From: Candidatus Latescibacterota bacterium
Lineage (GTDB): Bacteria; Latescibacterota; UBA2968
NCBI GenBank assembly: GCA_038279365.1
Contig: JAYODI010000004.1
Span: forward strand, 92,649-138,739
DNA: 46,091 nt
Direction: 5' to 3'
Part shown: positions 7,966 to 16,904 of the stretch, piece after piece
How the letters are laid out: every line of letters starts with the position of its first letter
Numbering within the stretch: the stretch's first letter is position 1
Program-made: the position numbers and the translations under genes
Notes under the pieces: generated by a model
Databases searched by the model: none
What the model was told of the DNA's origin: nothing
What the model saw: only the letters and a program-made list of their open reading frames with translations

Positions 7966-10542
7966 ATGAATTATGGTTTTTGGAGCCGATTGGTTCAGTT
8001 CGGCTTGGTGGGTGTTGTTGTGGCAATGGTGGGATTAGGTGGGTGTGGGCGAGAACGTGCAAATCCAATAGACCCAGGTTTTCAAGGGAGTGAAGCTTTA
8101 AGTCCTCCAAGCAATATTACTGCTGTTGGAGATATTGGTCAGATACGTTTAACTTGGAATGCAATTAACAGCACCAATTTGGCCGGATATGGTATTTGGC
8201 GTTCAACATCTGCAACAGGGAGTTTTGAACGTTTGGAAGGAGAAGCAGCAGATACAGCGTTTACGACCAGTCGAACCACTTTTGTTGACTCCTCGCTTAA
8301 TGTGACAAGTGCCAAAGTTTATTTTTATAAAATCAATACAACGGATATCGCAGGCCGTTCGAGTGCATTATCGGCTTTTGTAAGTGCAGAAGTGCAAGTA
8401 GATAACAGACCTCCTGCGGCCCCCAGTGATTTGTCTGTGGTTTTAGACGAAGTGTCACAACAAGTGACGCTTTTTTGGACTGCACCCACTGTTGATGTGG
8501 GCAATCAGTTGCTTACGGGTGTTAAAGATTATAAAGTTTTTCGGTCAAAAAATTCAACTGACGCGTTTGTATTGGTTGCAACTTTGTCAGCTGATTCTGG
8601 CGGTACATATACAGACAAAGATCAATTGGATCCAGAAGCCCAATATTTTTACCGAGTCAGTGCCGTTGATGCCAATGGCAATGAAAGTAGTCGGTCGGGT
8701 GTTGCTGGGTTTTCTGGAACAAGTACGGCTATTTTGGCGGCTCCAACGGGGCTTCAAGCTACGGGTGCAATTGGTGAGATTGTTGTGCGTTGGAATTCAG
8801 TAAGTGACCCCAATCTCTTGGGGTATCTGGTGTTGCGTTCTGAAACGACAACTGGAACCTTTGCACCGGTTACAGCCGATACGTTGTTCACCACAGGCCA
8901 GTCTACATACACAGACCAAAATGTTGTACCTGAAAAAGTTTATTATTACAAAGTTCAAGCTGTGGCTCAAGATACCGAGCTGGGTGTTGTACGGAGCGTG
9001 GTTTCTTCTTTTAAAGACGGCCAGTCGTTACAAGACGAAAGACCTCCTGCTGCGCCAACAGACCTGATTGCAAGCTTGAATGACAACAACTTTAGATCTG
9101 TTTCCCTTACCTGGACACCTCCAACACAAGACAGCAATGGGGGGGATATTACGGGGTTGGTTTCTTATCAGGTTTTCAGATCTCGTGAAACCAGCAATTC
9201 ATTTGTGCTATTGGCGACTATTCCTGCCACACAAGCGGTTTATCAAGATACATCTGTTGAGTTTTTGACACGATATTTTTATACCGTAAGTGCTGTTGAT
9301 GGTGCTGGAAATGTTGGGCCAAGATCGTCAGCTGTATCTGTGACAACAAAAGGATTGGCCACACCGGCCAATTTGGTGGCAACAAATGGCGTTCAAAAAA
9401 TCACTCTCACGTGGAATGCCAATACAGAACCTGAATTGACGGGCTATGAGGTGTTGCGCTTTAATGCGCCAACAGACGCAAGCCCCAATGCAACATTTTC
9501 ATCTATTCTGACAACATATGTCGATACGCCTGTCACGGCAGGTCAAACCTTTGTGTATCGTGTGCGTGCTGTGGGTGTGAATAGCTTGCAAAGTGGGCTT
9601 TCAAACTTTGCATCGGCTCAAGCCAATGAAGCTCCCCCAGTTTTGGCCACGCCGCGCAACGTGACAGCAACGGGTAGCATTGGACGAATTACGATATCTT
9701 GGTCGGCAAATACCGAGACCCAGTTGACAGGGTATCGGGTGCTAAAATACACCGATCCATCGCAGACAACTGCTTTGGCGACTTTTTCATCGGTCAAAAC
9801 GACCTTTGTTGATTCCCCACTTGCTCAAGGACAAACATTTGTCTATCGCGTTCAAGCATTGGGTAGTGGTGGGGTAACAAGTGATCTGTCGCTGTTTGCA
9901 TCTGCAACCACACTCATAGATGACAGCGCACCAGCCACACCAAGTCCATTTGCGGCGGTGCTCAATGGTTCAACGACGATCAAGCTCACTTGGAGTGCAC
10001 CGCGCAAAGACAGCAATGGTGGGGATTTGACAGGTTTGTCTGGTTTTGTGATTTACAGAGCTGTTGGAACAGCAAGTGCTGGCCTTACGGCCTTAGCATC
10101 TGTTGATTCTACATTGCGCACATTTGAAAATGGTAGTTTGGAGTTTAATACAACGTACATCTATCAAATATCTGCCATTGATGCCAGTGGCAATGAAAGT
10201 CCTCGATCAAGCAGTGTTACGTTAACAACAGCAACGCAAGGCGCCAGTGTAGCAGCCCCCACAAATGTAACGGCTACCTACAACAGCAATGCCACACCTG
10301 TCAGTGTGACAGTGACGTGGACGCCACCTGCAAGCTTTGATAGTTTCCTCGTTCAACGGGCAACATTATCTGCTGGTTCTTCTACGCCATCGGCATTTAC
10401 CACCTTGGCGTTAGGACAAACGGGTACGAGTTATGTTGATACTTCGATTCAAAGCGGTATCACATATGTTTACCGTATTTCTACAAATTTTTCAGGACAA
10501 ATTAGCGATCCATCTTCTAATTCTGTTATCCCCATTCCATAA
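7966..10542 (+). CDS. Lipoprotein with about 8 tandem fibronectin type III domains
   Basis: GAGGAG RBS; lipobox LGGC followed by RERANPIDP; repeated PxxPxxL..LTW..Y.V.RS..YxY.V.AVDxxGNES motifs. Confidence 0.88.
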   Translation: MNYGFWSRLVQFGLVGVVVAMVGLGGCGRERANPIDPGFQGSEALSPPSNITAVGDIGQIRLTWNAINSTNLAGYGIWRSTSATGSFERLEGEAADTAFTTSRTTFVDSSLNVTSAKVYFYKINTTDIAGRSSALSAFVSAEVQVDNRPPAAPSDLSVVLDEVSQQVTLFWTAPTVDVGNQLLTGVKDYKVFRSKNSTDAFVLVATLSADSGGTYTDKDQLDPEAQYFYRVSAVDANGNESSRSGVAGFSGTSTAILAAPTGLQATGAIGEIVVRWNSVSDPNLLGYLVLRSETTTGTFAPVTADTLFTTGQSTYTDQNVVPEKVYYYKVQAVAQDTELGVVRSVVSSFKDGQSLQDERPPAAPTDLIASLNDNNFRSVSLTWTPPTQDSNGGDITGLVSYQVFRSRETSNSFVLLATIPATQAVYQDTSVEFLTRYFYTVSAVDGAGNVGPRSSAVSVTTKGLATPANLVATNGVQKITLTWNANTEPELTGYEVLRFNAPTDASPNATFSSILTTYVDTPVTAGQTFVYRVRAVGVNSLQSGLSNFASAQANEAPPVLATPRNVTATGSIGRITISWSANTETQLTGYRVLKYTDPSQTTALATFSSVKTTFVDSPLAQGQTFVYRVQALGSGGVTSDLSLFASATTLIDDSAPATPSPFAAVLNGSTTIKLTWSAPRKDSNGGDLTGLSGFVIYRAVGTASAGLTALASVDSTLRTFENGSLEFNTTYIYQISAIDASGNESPRSSSVTLTTATQGASVAAPTNVTATYNSNATPVSVTVTWTPPASFDSFLVQRATLSAGSSTPSAFTTLALGQTGTSYVDTSIQSGITYVYRISTNFSGQISDPSSNSVIPIP

Positions 10543-10560
10543 TTGGGTTTATGTTTCCTT

Positions 10561-10597
10561 AAACGGTGCCTTACCTTGCGTAAGGCACCGTTTTTTT
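10561..10597 (+). terminator. Rho-independent terminator after the FN3 gene
   Basis: Perfect 14-bp stem AAACGGTGCCTTAC / GTAAGGCACCGTTT, 5-nt loop, then a T run. Confidence 0.88.
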
Positions 10598-10700
10598 GTC
10601 TTATAACACGAGACTATTTGTTGAAAAGTGTCATGAATCGAAAGGCATTTTTGTTTTTTAAAATGCCCTCTTTTGTTTTAAAAACAATTATTTATAGAAA

Positions 10701-10716
10701 TGGCATGCCTCTTGCA
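10701..10716 (+). promoter_or_regulatory. sigma54 (-24/-12) promoter
   Basis: TGGCATG-CCTC-TTGCA with GG (10702-3)-N10-GC (10714-5), near consensus TGGCACG-N4-TTGC; AAGGAGG RBS downstream. Confidence 0.8.
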
Positions 10717-10765
10717 ATGATATGGGGAAGTGCAGGCGTTTTTCCCAGTTAAAAAGGAGGCTTAA

Positions 10766-12094
10766 ATGTGTGATGTTTTATTGATTGGTGATGTTCAAAC
10801 CCTTCAGACATGGTTTGATGGCTGGATAGGGGATGCAACAAATGCTTGGATGCAAGTAGAAACAGTTGGTGATGCATTGTCCATTTGTAACCAGGTAAAG
10901 CCCAAGATTATTTTGGTTGGAGATCACTCTTTAAAAAAAGATTTGCAATTACTAATAAAACAGGCAACCCCATTGTCGCGTGTGGTTATCGTGGGGCATT
11001 TTTTTGATGCAAAGTATTTTCAGTTGGTTTTGGATTGGGGCGCAAATGATTTTTGGGTTATACCCATTGGTGTTGACCAACTGAATCAAAAATTGAGAAG
11101 ATCACGGCTGGCCATAGAGGCGCGCAAGCCCGAGTTAGCGGTGCACAGTCAAAAAGAAGATGAAATGGTTATTGGCACCTCTCAAGATATGGTAACAGCT
11201 TTAAGAATGGCCAGTTTGGTGGCCAAAACCGATACCACCGTACTGATTCGAGGGGAAAGTGGCACAGGTAAAGAACTGTTGGCTCGCGAAATACATCGTT
11301 TGTCAGGGCGCTCTGGGCCATTTATTGCCTTAAATTGTGCGGCGGTTTCAGAAGGTGTGGCCGAAAGTGAGTTATTTGGTCATGAACGCGGTTCATTTAC
11401 TGGGGCCGTATCACAGCGATTGGGTTGTTTTGAACAAGCACATGGTGGCACACTCTTTTTAGATGAAGTGGGTGATGCGCCGATGACATTTCAAGCAAAA
11501 TTATTGCGTGTGTTAGAAAGAAATGAGTTTACCCGCGTTGGAGGGCAACAACTTATTTGTGCCGATGTGCGCATCATCGCCGCAACAAATGGCGATATTG
11601 AAACGCTCATTGAAGCAGGTGACTTTCGGTTGGATTTGCATTATCGCTTGGGTGCCGTGACGGTATTTTTACCCCCGTTGAAAGACCGTAGAGAAGACTT
11701 GCCTGAGATCATTGGAAAGATGGTTGGCAAGTTAAACGAAAAATTACACAAATCGATAAAAGGTGTTTCCAAACAAGCCGTTGAACAACTCTTGGCTTAT
11801 GAGTGGCCCGGAAATCTTCGGGAGTTGTATCAGGTTTTGCATCGGGCTGTGCTGTTATGCAGGCAAGGCGTGATTGAGGCTGAGCATTTGTATGGAATTG
11901 GCGAGGGGAGGCAACAAGAAAATCTGGTGCATATTCAGACATTGTCAGAAATAGAAGAGGCGCATATTGTGCATGTTTTGGATATTGTCGAAGGAAATCG
12001 AGGGCGAGCTTGTGATCTTTTGGGTATCTCTCGTCCTACGCTGAGGCGCAAATTGCGGCAATATGCATTAGAAGTAGATACAGTTCAAGCTTGA
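10766..12094 (+). CDS. sigma54-dependent activator (NtrC/AtoC family; degenerate REC, AAA+, Fis-type HTH)
   Basis: GESGTGKE, ESELFGHERGSFTGA, LFLDEVG, FRLDLHYRL, WPGNLREL, ACDLLGISRPTLRRKL. Confidence 0.93.
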   Translation: MCDVLLIGDVQTLQTWFDGWIGDATNAWMQVETVGDALSICNQVKPKIILVGDHSLKKDLQLLIKQATPLSRVVIVGHFFDAKYFQLVLDWGANDFWVIPIGVDQLNQKLRRSRLAIEARKPELAVHSQKEDEMVIGTSQDMVTALRMASLVAKTDTTVLIRGESGTGKELLAREIHRLSGRSGPFIALNCAAVSEGVAESELFGHERGSFTGAVSQRLGCFEQAHGGTLFLDEVGDAPMTFQAKLLRVLERNEFTRVGGQQLICADVRIIAATNGDIETLIEAGDFRLDLHYRLGAVTVFLPPLKDRREDLPEIIGKMVGKLNEKLHKSIKGVSKQAVEQLLAYEWPGNLRELYQVLHRAVLLCRQGVIEAEHLYGIGEGRQQENLVHIQTLSEIEEAHIVHVLDIVEGNRGRACDLLGISRPTLRRKLRQYALEVDTVQA

Positions 12095-12119
12095 CTCTAT
12101 ACAACTGTGGCCCCATAAT
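12091..12119 (+). promoter_or_regulatory. Putative sigma70 promoter for thrC
   Basis: TTGACT-N17-CATAAT. Confidence 0.6.
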
Positions 12120-12191
12120 ACACTTGTTTACGTATTCATGTTGGCGATAAAAAAAGCAGAGTCATTATTTTGAATGGAAAGGCGTGTACAT

Positions 12192-13355
12192 ATGGGTTAT
12201 TTGATTGATTTGGTCTGTACAAAAACTGGAAAATCTTATACAAAAGATGCCTTGTGGAATTTGAGTGAGGTTGGGGCGCCTTTATTTGCTCGGTATGATT
12301 TGGATGCTGTTCGAAAAAAGGTCAAAAAAGAGGATTTGGCCAGCAGAATACCAACGATGTGGCGCTATGAAGAGGTGATGCCTGTTGAAGATAAGCAATT
12401 TTGTGTCAGTTTGGGAGAAGGGTATACGCCGTTGTTGCAAGCCTCTTCTTTGGGGCGGAAATTAGGTGTGCCGAACCTATTTGTAAAAGAGGAAGGGGTT
12501 AATCCGACGGGTTCTTTCAAAGCCCGAGGGATGTCTGCGGCCATCTCGCGGGCGGCAGAGTTGGGGGCGCGGGCAATTGCAATCCCATCAGCTGGCAATG
12601 CGGGGGGAGCCACAGCGGCCTATGCGGCACGAGCCGGTTTGTCTTCGCATATTTTTATGCCCAAAGATGTTCCTCAAGCCAACTATATTGAGTGTGTGGT
12701 GTTGGGGGCTCAGGTAGAGCTGGTGGATGGTTTGATTTCAGATTGTGGAAAAATTGTGGCCCAACGCAAAGAAGCCGAAGGATGGTTTGATATCTCTACG
12801 CTGAAGGAACCATATCGCGTAGAAGGAAAAAAAACCATGGGTTATGAATTGGCCGAACAGTTTGATTGGGAGTTGCCAGATGTTGTTGTCTATCCAACTG
12901 GTGGTGGCACGGGCCTTATTGGCATGTGGAAAGCGTTTGATGAAATGGAGCAACTGGGTTGGATTGGAAGTAAACGCCCACGTATGGTGTCTGTTCAAGC
13001 CGCTGGGTGTGCACCCATCGTGCGTGCTTACGAATCGGGGGCTTTGTCTGCTGAGCCTTGGCAAAATGCCCAAACCAAAGCATCAGGGCTTCGTGTTCCT
13101 GCTGCTGTCGGTGACTTTTTGATGCTCAATGCCATTCGTGAAAGTCAAGGGTGTGCCGTTTCTGTAACAGATGAAGAGTTAATGGATGGCGTTACTGAAA
13201 TGGCACGTGCTTTGGGCATCTTTCCAGCACCTGAAGGCGGGGCAACTCTGGCGGGGTTAAAAAAGTTAATTGCTCAAAATTGGATACTTGAATCAGATCG
13301 TGTGGTGTTGTTTAATACGGGAACAAGCTTGAAATATCTTGAGCTTTTCCAGTAG
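12192..13355 (+). CDS. thrC: Threonine synthase (fold-type II PLP enzyme)
   Basis: SLGEGYTPL, NPTGSFKARG (PLP lysine), SAGNAG, EGKKTMGYE, PTGGGTG. Alternative start 12174. Confidence 0.88.
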   Translation: MGYLIDLVCTKTGKSYTKDALWNLSEVGAPLFARYDLDAVRKKVKKEDLASRIPTMWRYEEVMPVEDKQFCVSLGEGYTPLLQASSLGRKLGVPNLFVKEEGVNPTGSFKARGMSAAISRAAELGARAIAIPSAGNAGGATAAYAARAGLSSHIFMPKDVPQANYIECVVLGAQVELVDGLISDCGKIVAQRKEAEGWFDISTLKEPYRVEGKKTMGYELAEQFDWELPDVVVYPTGGGTGLIGMWKAFDEMEQLGWIGSKRPRMVSVQAAGCAPIVRAYESGALSAEPWQNAQTKASGLRVPAAVGDFLMLNAIRESQGCAVSVTDEELMDGVTEMARALGIFPAPEGGATLAGLKKLIAQNWILESDRVVLFNTGTSLKYLELFQ

Positions 13356-13369
13356 AATAGGGCTTTTTT

Positions 13370-15031
13370 ATGACACCAAATGAGTTGGTGCGTTTGCTTG
13401 CGCTTATCGGCGCCCATTTGCCTTCTGTTCTGAGTGCTCGGTTCGTAGGGGTGTTGCCAACGGAACTGAAGAACATGGTTTCACTCCAGGTTGAACCGGT
13501 TCGTCACCTGGAACGAGAACAACTGTCTGTGGTTGAGCAAGCGTTGCTAAGCGATTTAGACGCTCTATTTGATGATGAGGGGGCTGCCGAACGTGAAATT
13601 TTGCCTTTGCGTGTTGCCGATGTGATGGCCCTTGTATTGCGCCAAGCCACCATTTCTCGCAGTGCTGATGTGATTCGGCGTTTACCAGACGATTTGCAAA
13701 GTGAAATATTGCATCTTTTGGCTGCGCAGAGTTGGGCTGCTTGGGAGAGACGCTTAGGAACGGGTGAATTGCAAGTGATGGTTGCTCTAAAAGATGCGCT
13801 TGGTTTGCCCCACTTTGAGGTGTCGCCTCAATTTGTGGCAGAAATATTGCACCAAATCCAAACCCCTCAGGACGTGCGTAGAAATTTGACGTATATGTAT
13901 GAAAAAGAACCTGATTCAACGGGTTATATACAAAACTATCTCTATGGTTTTGAATCTCTGGTTAAGTTGCCAGACCGCGAGCTCCAAGTTGTATTGCAAG
14001 GTGTAGACCATTGGGATCTCATATTGGCCATGAGGGCTATACCTGCCAATGTTCGACGTAAAATATTGTCCAATTTATCTCAACGGCGTACAAAGATGTT
14101 TGAAGATGATGAAGCCACACTCGAAAACGTAGACGATGCCCAAGTTGAAATGCTACAACATCAGATATTGGATCGGGCACGGTTGTTATATGAAGCAGGC
14201 CAAATTCATACGTATTTGGGATCTGTGGTCGGGCAAGAAGGGGATGTTGATTTATCTGCGGTGTCTTTAGGTGGTGGGGGAGAGGGAAAGTCATTGGCCG
14301 GACTTGAGAAAAAAAAGGCCCCATCCAAATATGTGGCGGGTTTAATTGCGATTTTGGCAATGATAGGGATGGGATTTGTTTTCGTCAATTGGTTTGGACA
14401 ATCGCAAATATCTATAGATGCCACTAAAAGTGGGAAAGTGTTGGTGTCGGACGAGGTAGAAGACGGGGGTGAGATAACCCGTGATGAAGGCCGTACAGTA
14501 CAACGCATGGGGAAAAATTTGGGCAGTGCTGCAGTTATTTCGGGGCGGGCATTGTTGATGACTGGAGAGTCTGTAAGATCGTTGAATGACTCAGAAATTA
14601 AGATGGGTGATCGCATAAAAACCGATTCAGATGGCAGGGCTTCTGTGGTTTTAACGGGTGATGTGGGGCAGATGCAAGTGGAGCCAGATACAGATGTACA
14701 AGTTGGTCAGGTCGATTCATCAGAACCAGGTGCACCGCAGTTGGATTTGCGCGTGGGCAATATATGGGTAAAGGTAAAAGATCCTGCATTGGAAGTGCGT
14801 TCGCCCCTTGCCCAAATTACGGCCTCAGAAGGCGCGCTTTATCATTTGCGAATTACCTTAAATGCTACCACGACCCTATCTGTTCATGGGGGAACGGTCT
14901 GGATACAAGCTTCAAATGGGGGCGGGTTGCATGTGCTGGGTCTTGGAGAGCGTTTGCGTATTGATCCCGATGGAGATATAGACAGAGACCGGCATGTTGA
15001 AATATCCAAATGGCAAGGCAATGATGAATGA
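13370..15031 (+). CDS. FliG-like domain / transmembrane helix / FecR domain fusion protein
   Basis: aa ~155-280 match FliG_C (VAEIL...EP...LYGFESLVKLPDRELQVVLQGVD..DLILAMR...VRRKILSNLSQRRTKMFEDD...QVEMLQHQIL..AR.LYEAGQI); TM aa 321-342; FecR-like GDRIKTDSDGRASV...LRVGNIWV...VRSPLAQI...LSVHGGTV. Confidence 0.8.
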   Translation: MTPNELVRLLALIGAHLPSVLSARFVGVLPTELKNMVSLQVEPVRHLEREQLSVVEQALLSDLDALFDDEGAAEREILPLRVADVMALVLRQATISRSADVIRRLPDDLQSEILHLLAAQSWAAWERRLGTGELQVMVALKDALGLPHFEVSPQFVAEILHQIQTPQDVRRNLTYMYEKEPDSTGYIQNYLYGFESLVKLPDRELQVVLQGVDHWDLILAMRAIPANVRRKILSNLSQRRTKMFEDDEATLENVDDAQVEMLQHQILDRARLLYEAGQIHTYLGSVVGQEGDVDLSAVSLGGGGEGKSLAGLEKKKAPSKYVAGLIAILAMIGMGFVFVNWFGQSQISIDATKSGKVLVSDEVEDGGEITRDEGRTVQRMGKNLGSAAVISGRALLMTGESVRSLNDSEIKMGDRIKTDSDGRASVVLTGDVGQMQVEPDTDVQVGQVDSSEPGAPQLDLRVGNIWVKVKDPALEVRSPLAQITASEGALYHLRITLNATTTLSVHGGTVWIQASNGGGLHVLGLGERLRIDPDGDIDRDRHVEISKWQGNDE

Positions 15032-15100
15032 AGTTTATGCAAGGTTGTGCCGATGATTATGTAAGCCATCTTGCCTGCATAAAAAAGAGGATATTGCACC

Positions 15101-15535
15101 ATGAAACCCATTTATTCATTATGTTTTTTTGTATCTTTGATTGGTTTTGCTTGGATTTTCCCCGCAGAGGCTGCCAAAGAGACCATATTTGGTCTGGAAA
15201 AAGTGGTTATTACAGGAGTTGATGATCCCAATGCGCGTCCAGAGCGACTGCTTTTGGTATCGGGTAGCTTAAAACTTGTTGGTATGGGGAGAGATGGAAA
15301 CACTTGGCAAACCGTAACTTATATTCCTCAACGGCCAGCCGCACCACGCTCGGACTATGGCACCTTCAAGCGTTTTGGAAACCAGCTTGTTTTTTATTCT
15401 TACATTACATTTCGTCAGTTTGTCGGCACGATTCAACCCGATGGAGAACGGTTGATCGTTGATCGGTATAACGCTCGGGCAGGCAAACGGCAACAAGAGA
15501 CCTGGTATTTGGTGCGAGGTGGACAAAATTTGTAG
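15101..15535 (+). CDS. Secreted beta-rich hypothetical protein
   Basis: AGAGG RBS, signal peptide ending PAEA, 144 aa, alternating beta-strand patterns. Confidence 0.7.
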   Translation: MKPIYSLCFFVSLIGFAWIFPAEAAKETIFGLEKVVITGVDDPNARPERLLLVSGSLKLVGMGRDGNTWQTVTYIPQRPAAPRSDYGTFKRFGNQLVFYSYITFRQFVGTIQPDGERLIVDRYNARAGKRQQETWYLVRGGQNL

Positions 15536-15553
15536 TTTTTAGGCAATACTATA

Positions 15554-15589
15554 AAAAAGAGCCAGCAAATTTATTTGTTGGCTCTTTTT
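15554..15589. terminator. Bidirectional terminator between convergent genes
   Basis: AAAAAGAGCCAGCAAAT-TT-ATTTGTTGGCTCTTTTT hairpin with A and T tails. Confidence 0.8.
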
Positions 15590-16904
15590 ATGTTTTGTCA
15601 ACAATTTCTGCCGCTTGAAAGCCACTGCGTACGGCACTTTCGATTGTTGCGGGCAGTCCGGTATTGACCCAATCACCAGCTAAGAGGAGTTGGGGATGAT
15701 GGGTTTGTGTGTGTGGTGGTATTTGGCCCAATGGAAGGGTTTGGGTTGCGCGATGTTCGCAGATAACGCGTGCGTGTTGTAAAACGGCTTTTTGGGCTTC
15801 TGGCACAACAGATTGAAATTCTTGATGGGCCCATTCTGCGATGTCTTTGTGAGGCATTTGAGCCAATTGGTGTGCAGCGCTGGCAATAAGCGTGATGTGG
15901 CCTTGTGAGGCTTTGTCATGGTTTTGATAAAGAGAGGCTTTGTGAAATGCCCATTCCATTTTTGTACCCAGCATTCCAATGATAGGCTTGTCTAAGGTGG
16001 GGCGATCATACCAGAGATTAACAGAGAGTATGGGGGATGGACGGTAGGAAATAAGAAGGTGTAAAAGGTCTGCAAATGGATCCATGGGCAATATTTTTGC
16101 CAATGCGTGAGGGGGAAGTGCACTGATGATCATGTCGGGTGAATAGATGTGCCCATTGGAGAGGTGTAAACGCACTTTTTGTGGTGATGTTACCTCTAAT
16201 TTTTTGGCATAAACGCCCAATTCGAGTGTTTGGTTGTGCGTAGTGAGATAAGATTTTGCCTGGTCAAATAAGAGGTTGCTCAGGCCCATTCTGGCATATC
16301 CTAAAAGAGAACCATCGGCAGATGAAAAGAAGGCTTCATTAAGAACTGTTTGTAAATGTTGGGCAGGGGCCTGGTGTGGCATTTGGTTTAAGGCCGCCAA
16401 ACACAAAGGATTCCAGAAAACTTCTTGAAGGCGGGTGGTTTGTTTGCATTGGGTGAGCCATTGGGCAACAGACAGATGGGGGGGCAATGTCTTTTTAAGC
16501 TCGGGCTTTAATTTTGCCAATGGCACAATATCTTTCATTGTGACGGCTTTAAAACGCAAAAAACCCACCAGCACGTTGAGTGGGGCTGGGAGGTATTTGG
16601 GAAATCGCAGGGTGGTTGCACCTGTTGATGGGTGGCGATATTCAAGGTGGAATTCGTTTTGAAAGACAATGTTTTCATGGGTGCCTAATGTTTTGAGCAA
16701 ATGCAATGTTGCCCAATAGCATTTCATAAAAAGGTGTTGCCCATTGTCTATGGTATCACCCGTGACGGGGTCGGTAATAGAAAATGCGCGTCCTCCCAAT
16801 ATTTGGCGTCGCTCAATAAGCGTGACCTGATGCCCCAATTCGGTGAGCTTGACGGTTGCGGCTAACCCCGCAAATCCCCCTCCAATGACCACCACACTTT
16901 TCAA
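15588..16904 (-). CDS. hpnE: Hydroxysqualene dehydroxylase (FAD-dependent)
   Basis: VVIGGGFAGLAA, LGGRA, IDNGQHL, EHRAT, LAGDWVNTGLPATIESAVRSG. Start likely TTG 16904 overlapping the hpnD stop (TTGA). Confidence 0.9.
   Translation of the reverse strand: MKSVVVIGGGFAGLAATVKLTELGHQVTLIERRQILGGRAFSITDPVTGDTIDNGQHLFMKCYWATLHLLKTLGTHENIVFQNEFHLEYRHPSTGATTLRFPKYLPAPLNVLVGFLRFKAVTMKDIVPLAKLKPELKKTLPPHLSVAQWLTQCKQTTRLQEVFWNPLCLAALNQMPHQAPAQHLQTVLNEAFFSSADGSLLGYARMGLSNLLFDQAKSYLTTHNQTLELGVYAKKLEVTSPQKVRLHLSNGHIYSPDMIISALPPHALAKILPMDPFADLLHLLISYRPSPILSVNLWYDRPTLDKPIIGMLGTKMEWAFHKASLYQNHDKASQGHITLIASAAHQLAQMPHKDIAEWAHQEFQSVVPEAQKAVLQHARVICEHRATQTLPLGQIPPHTQTHHPQLLLAGDWVNTGLPATIESAVRSGFQAAEIVDKT

Noticed and set aside
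13370-15031. Calling this the canonical flagellar fliG
   Set aside because: It has a TM helix and FecR domain, lacks EHPQ, and has no fliF/fliH neighbours.
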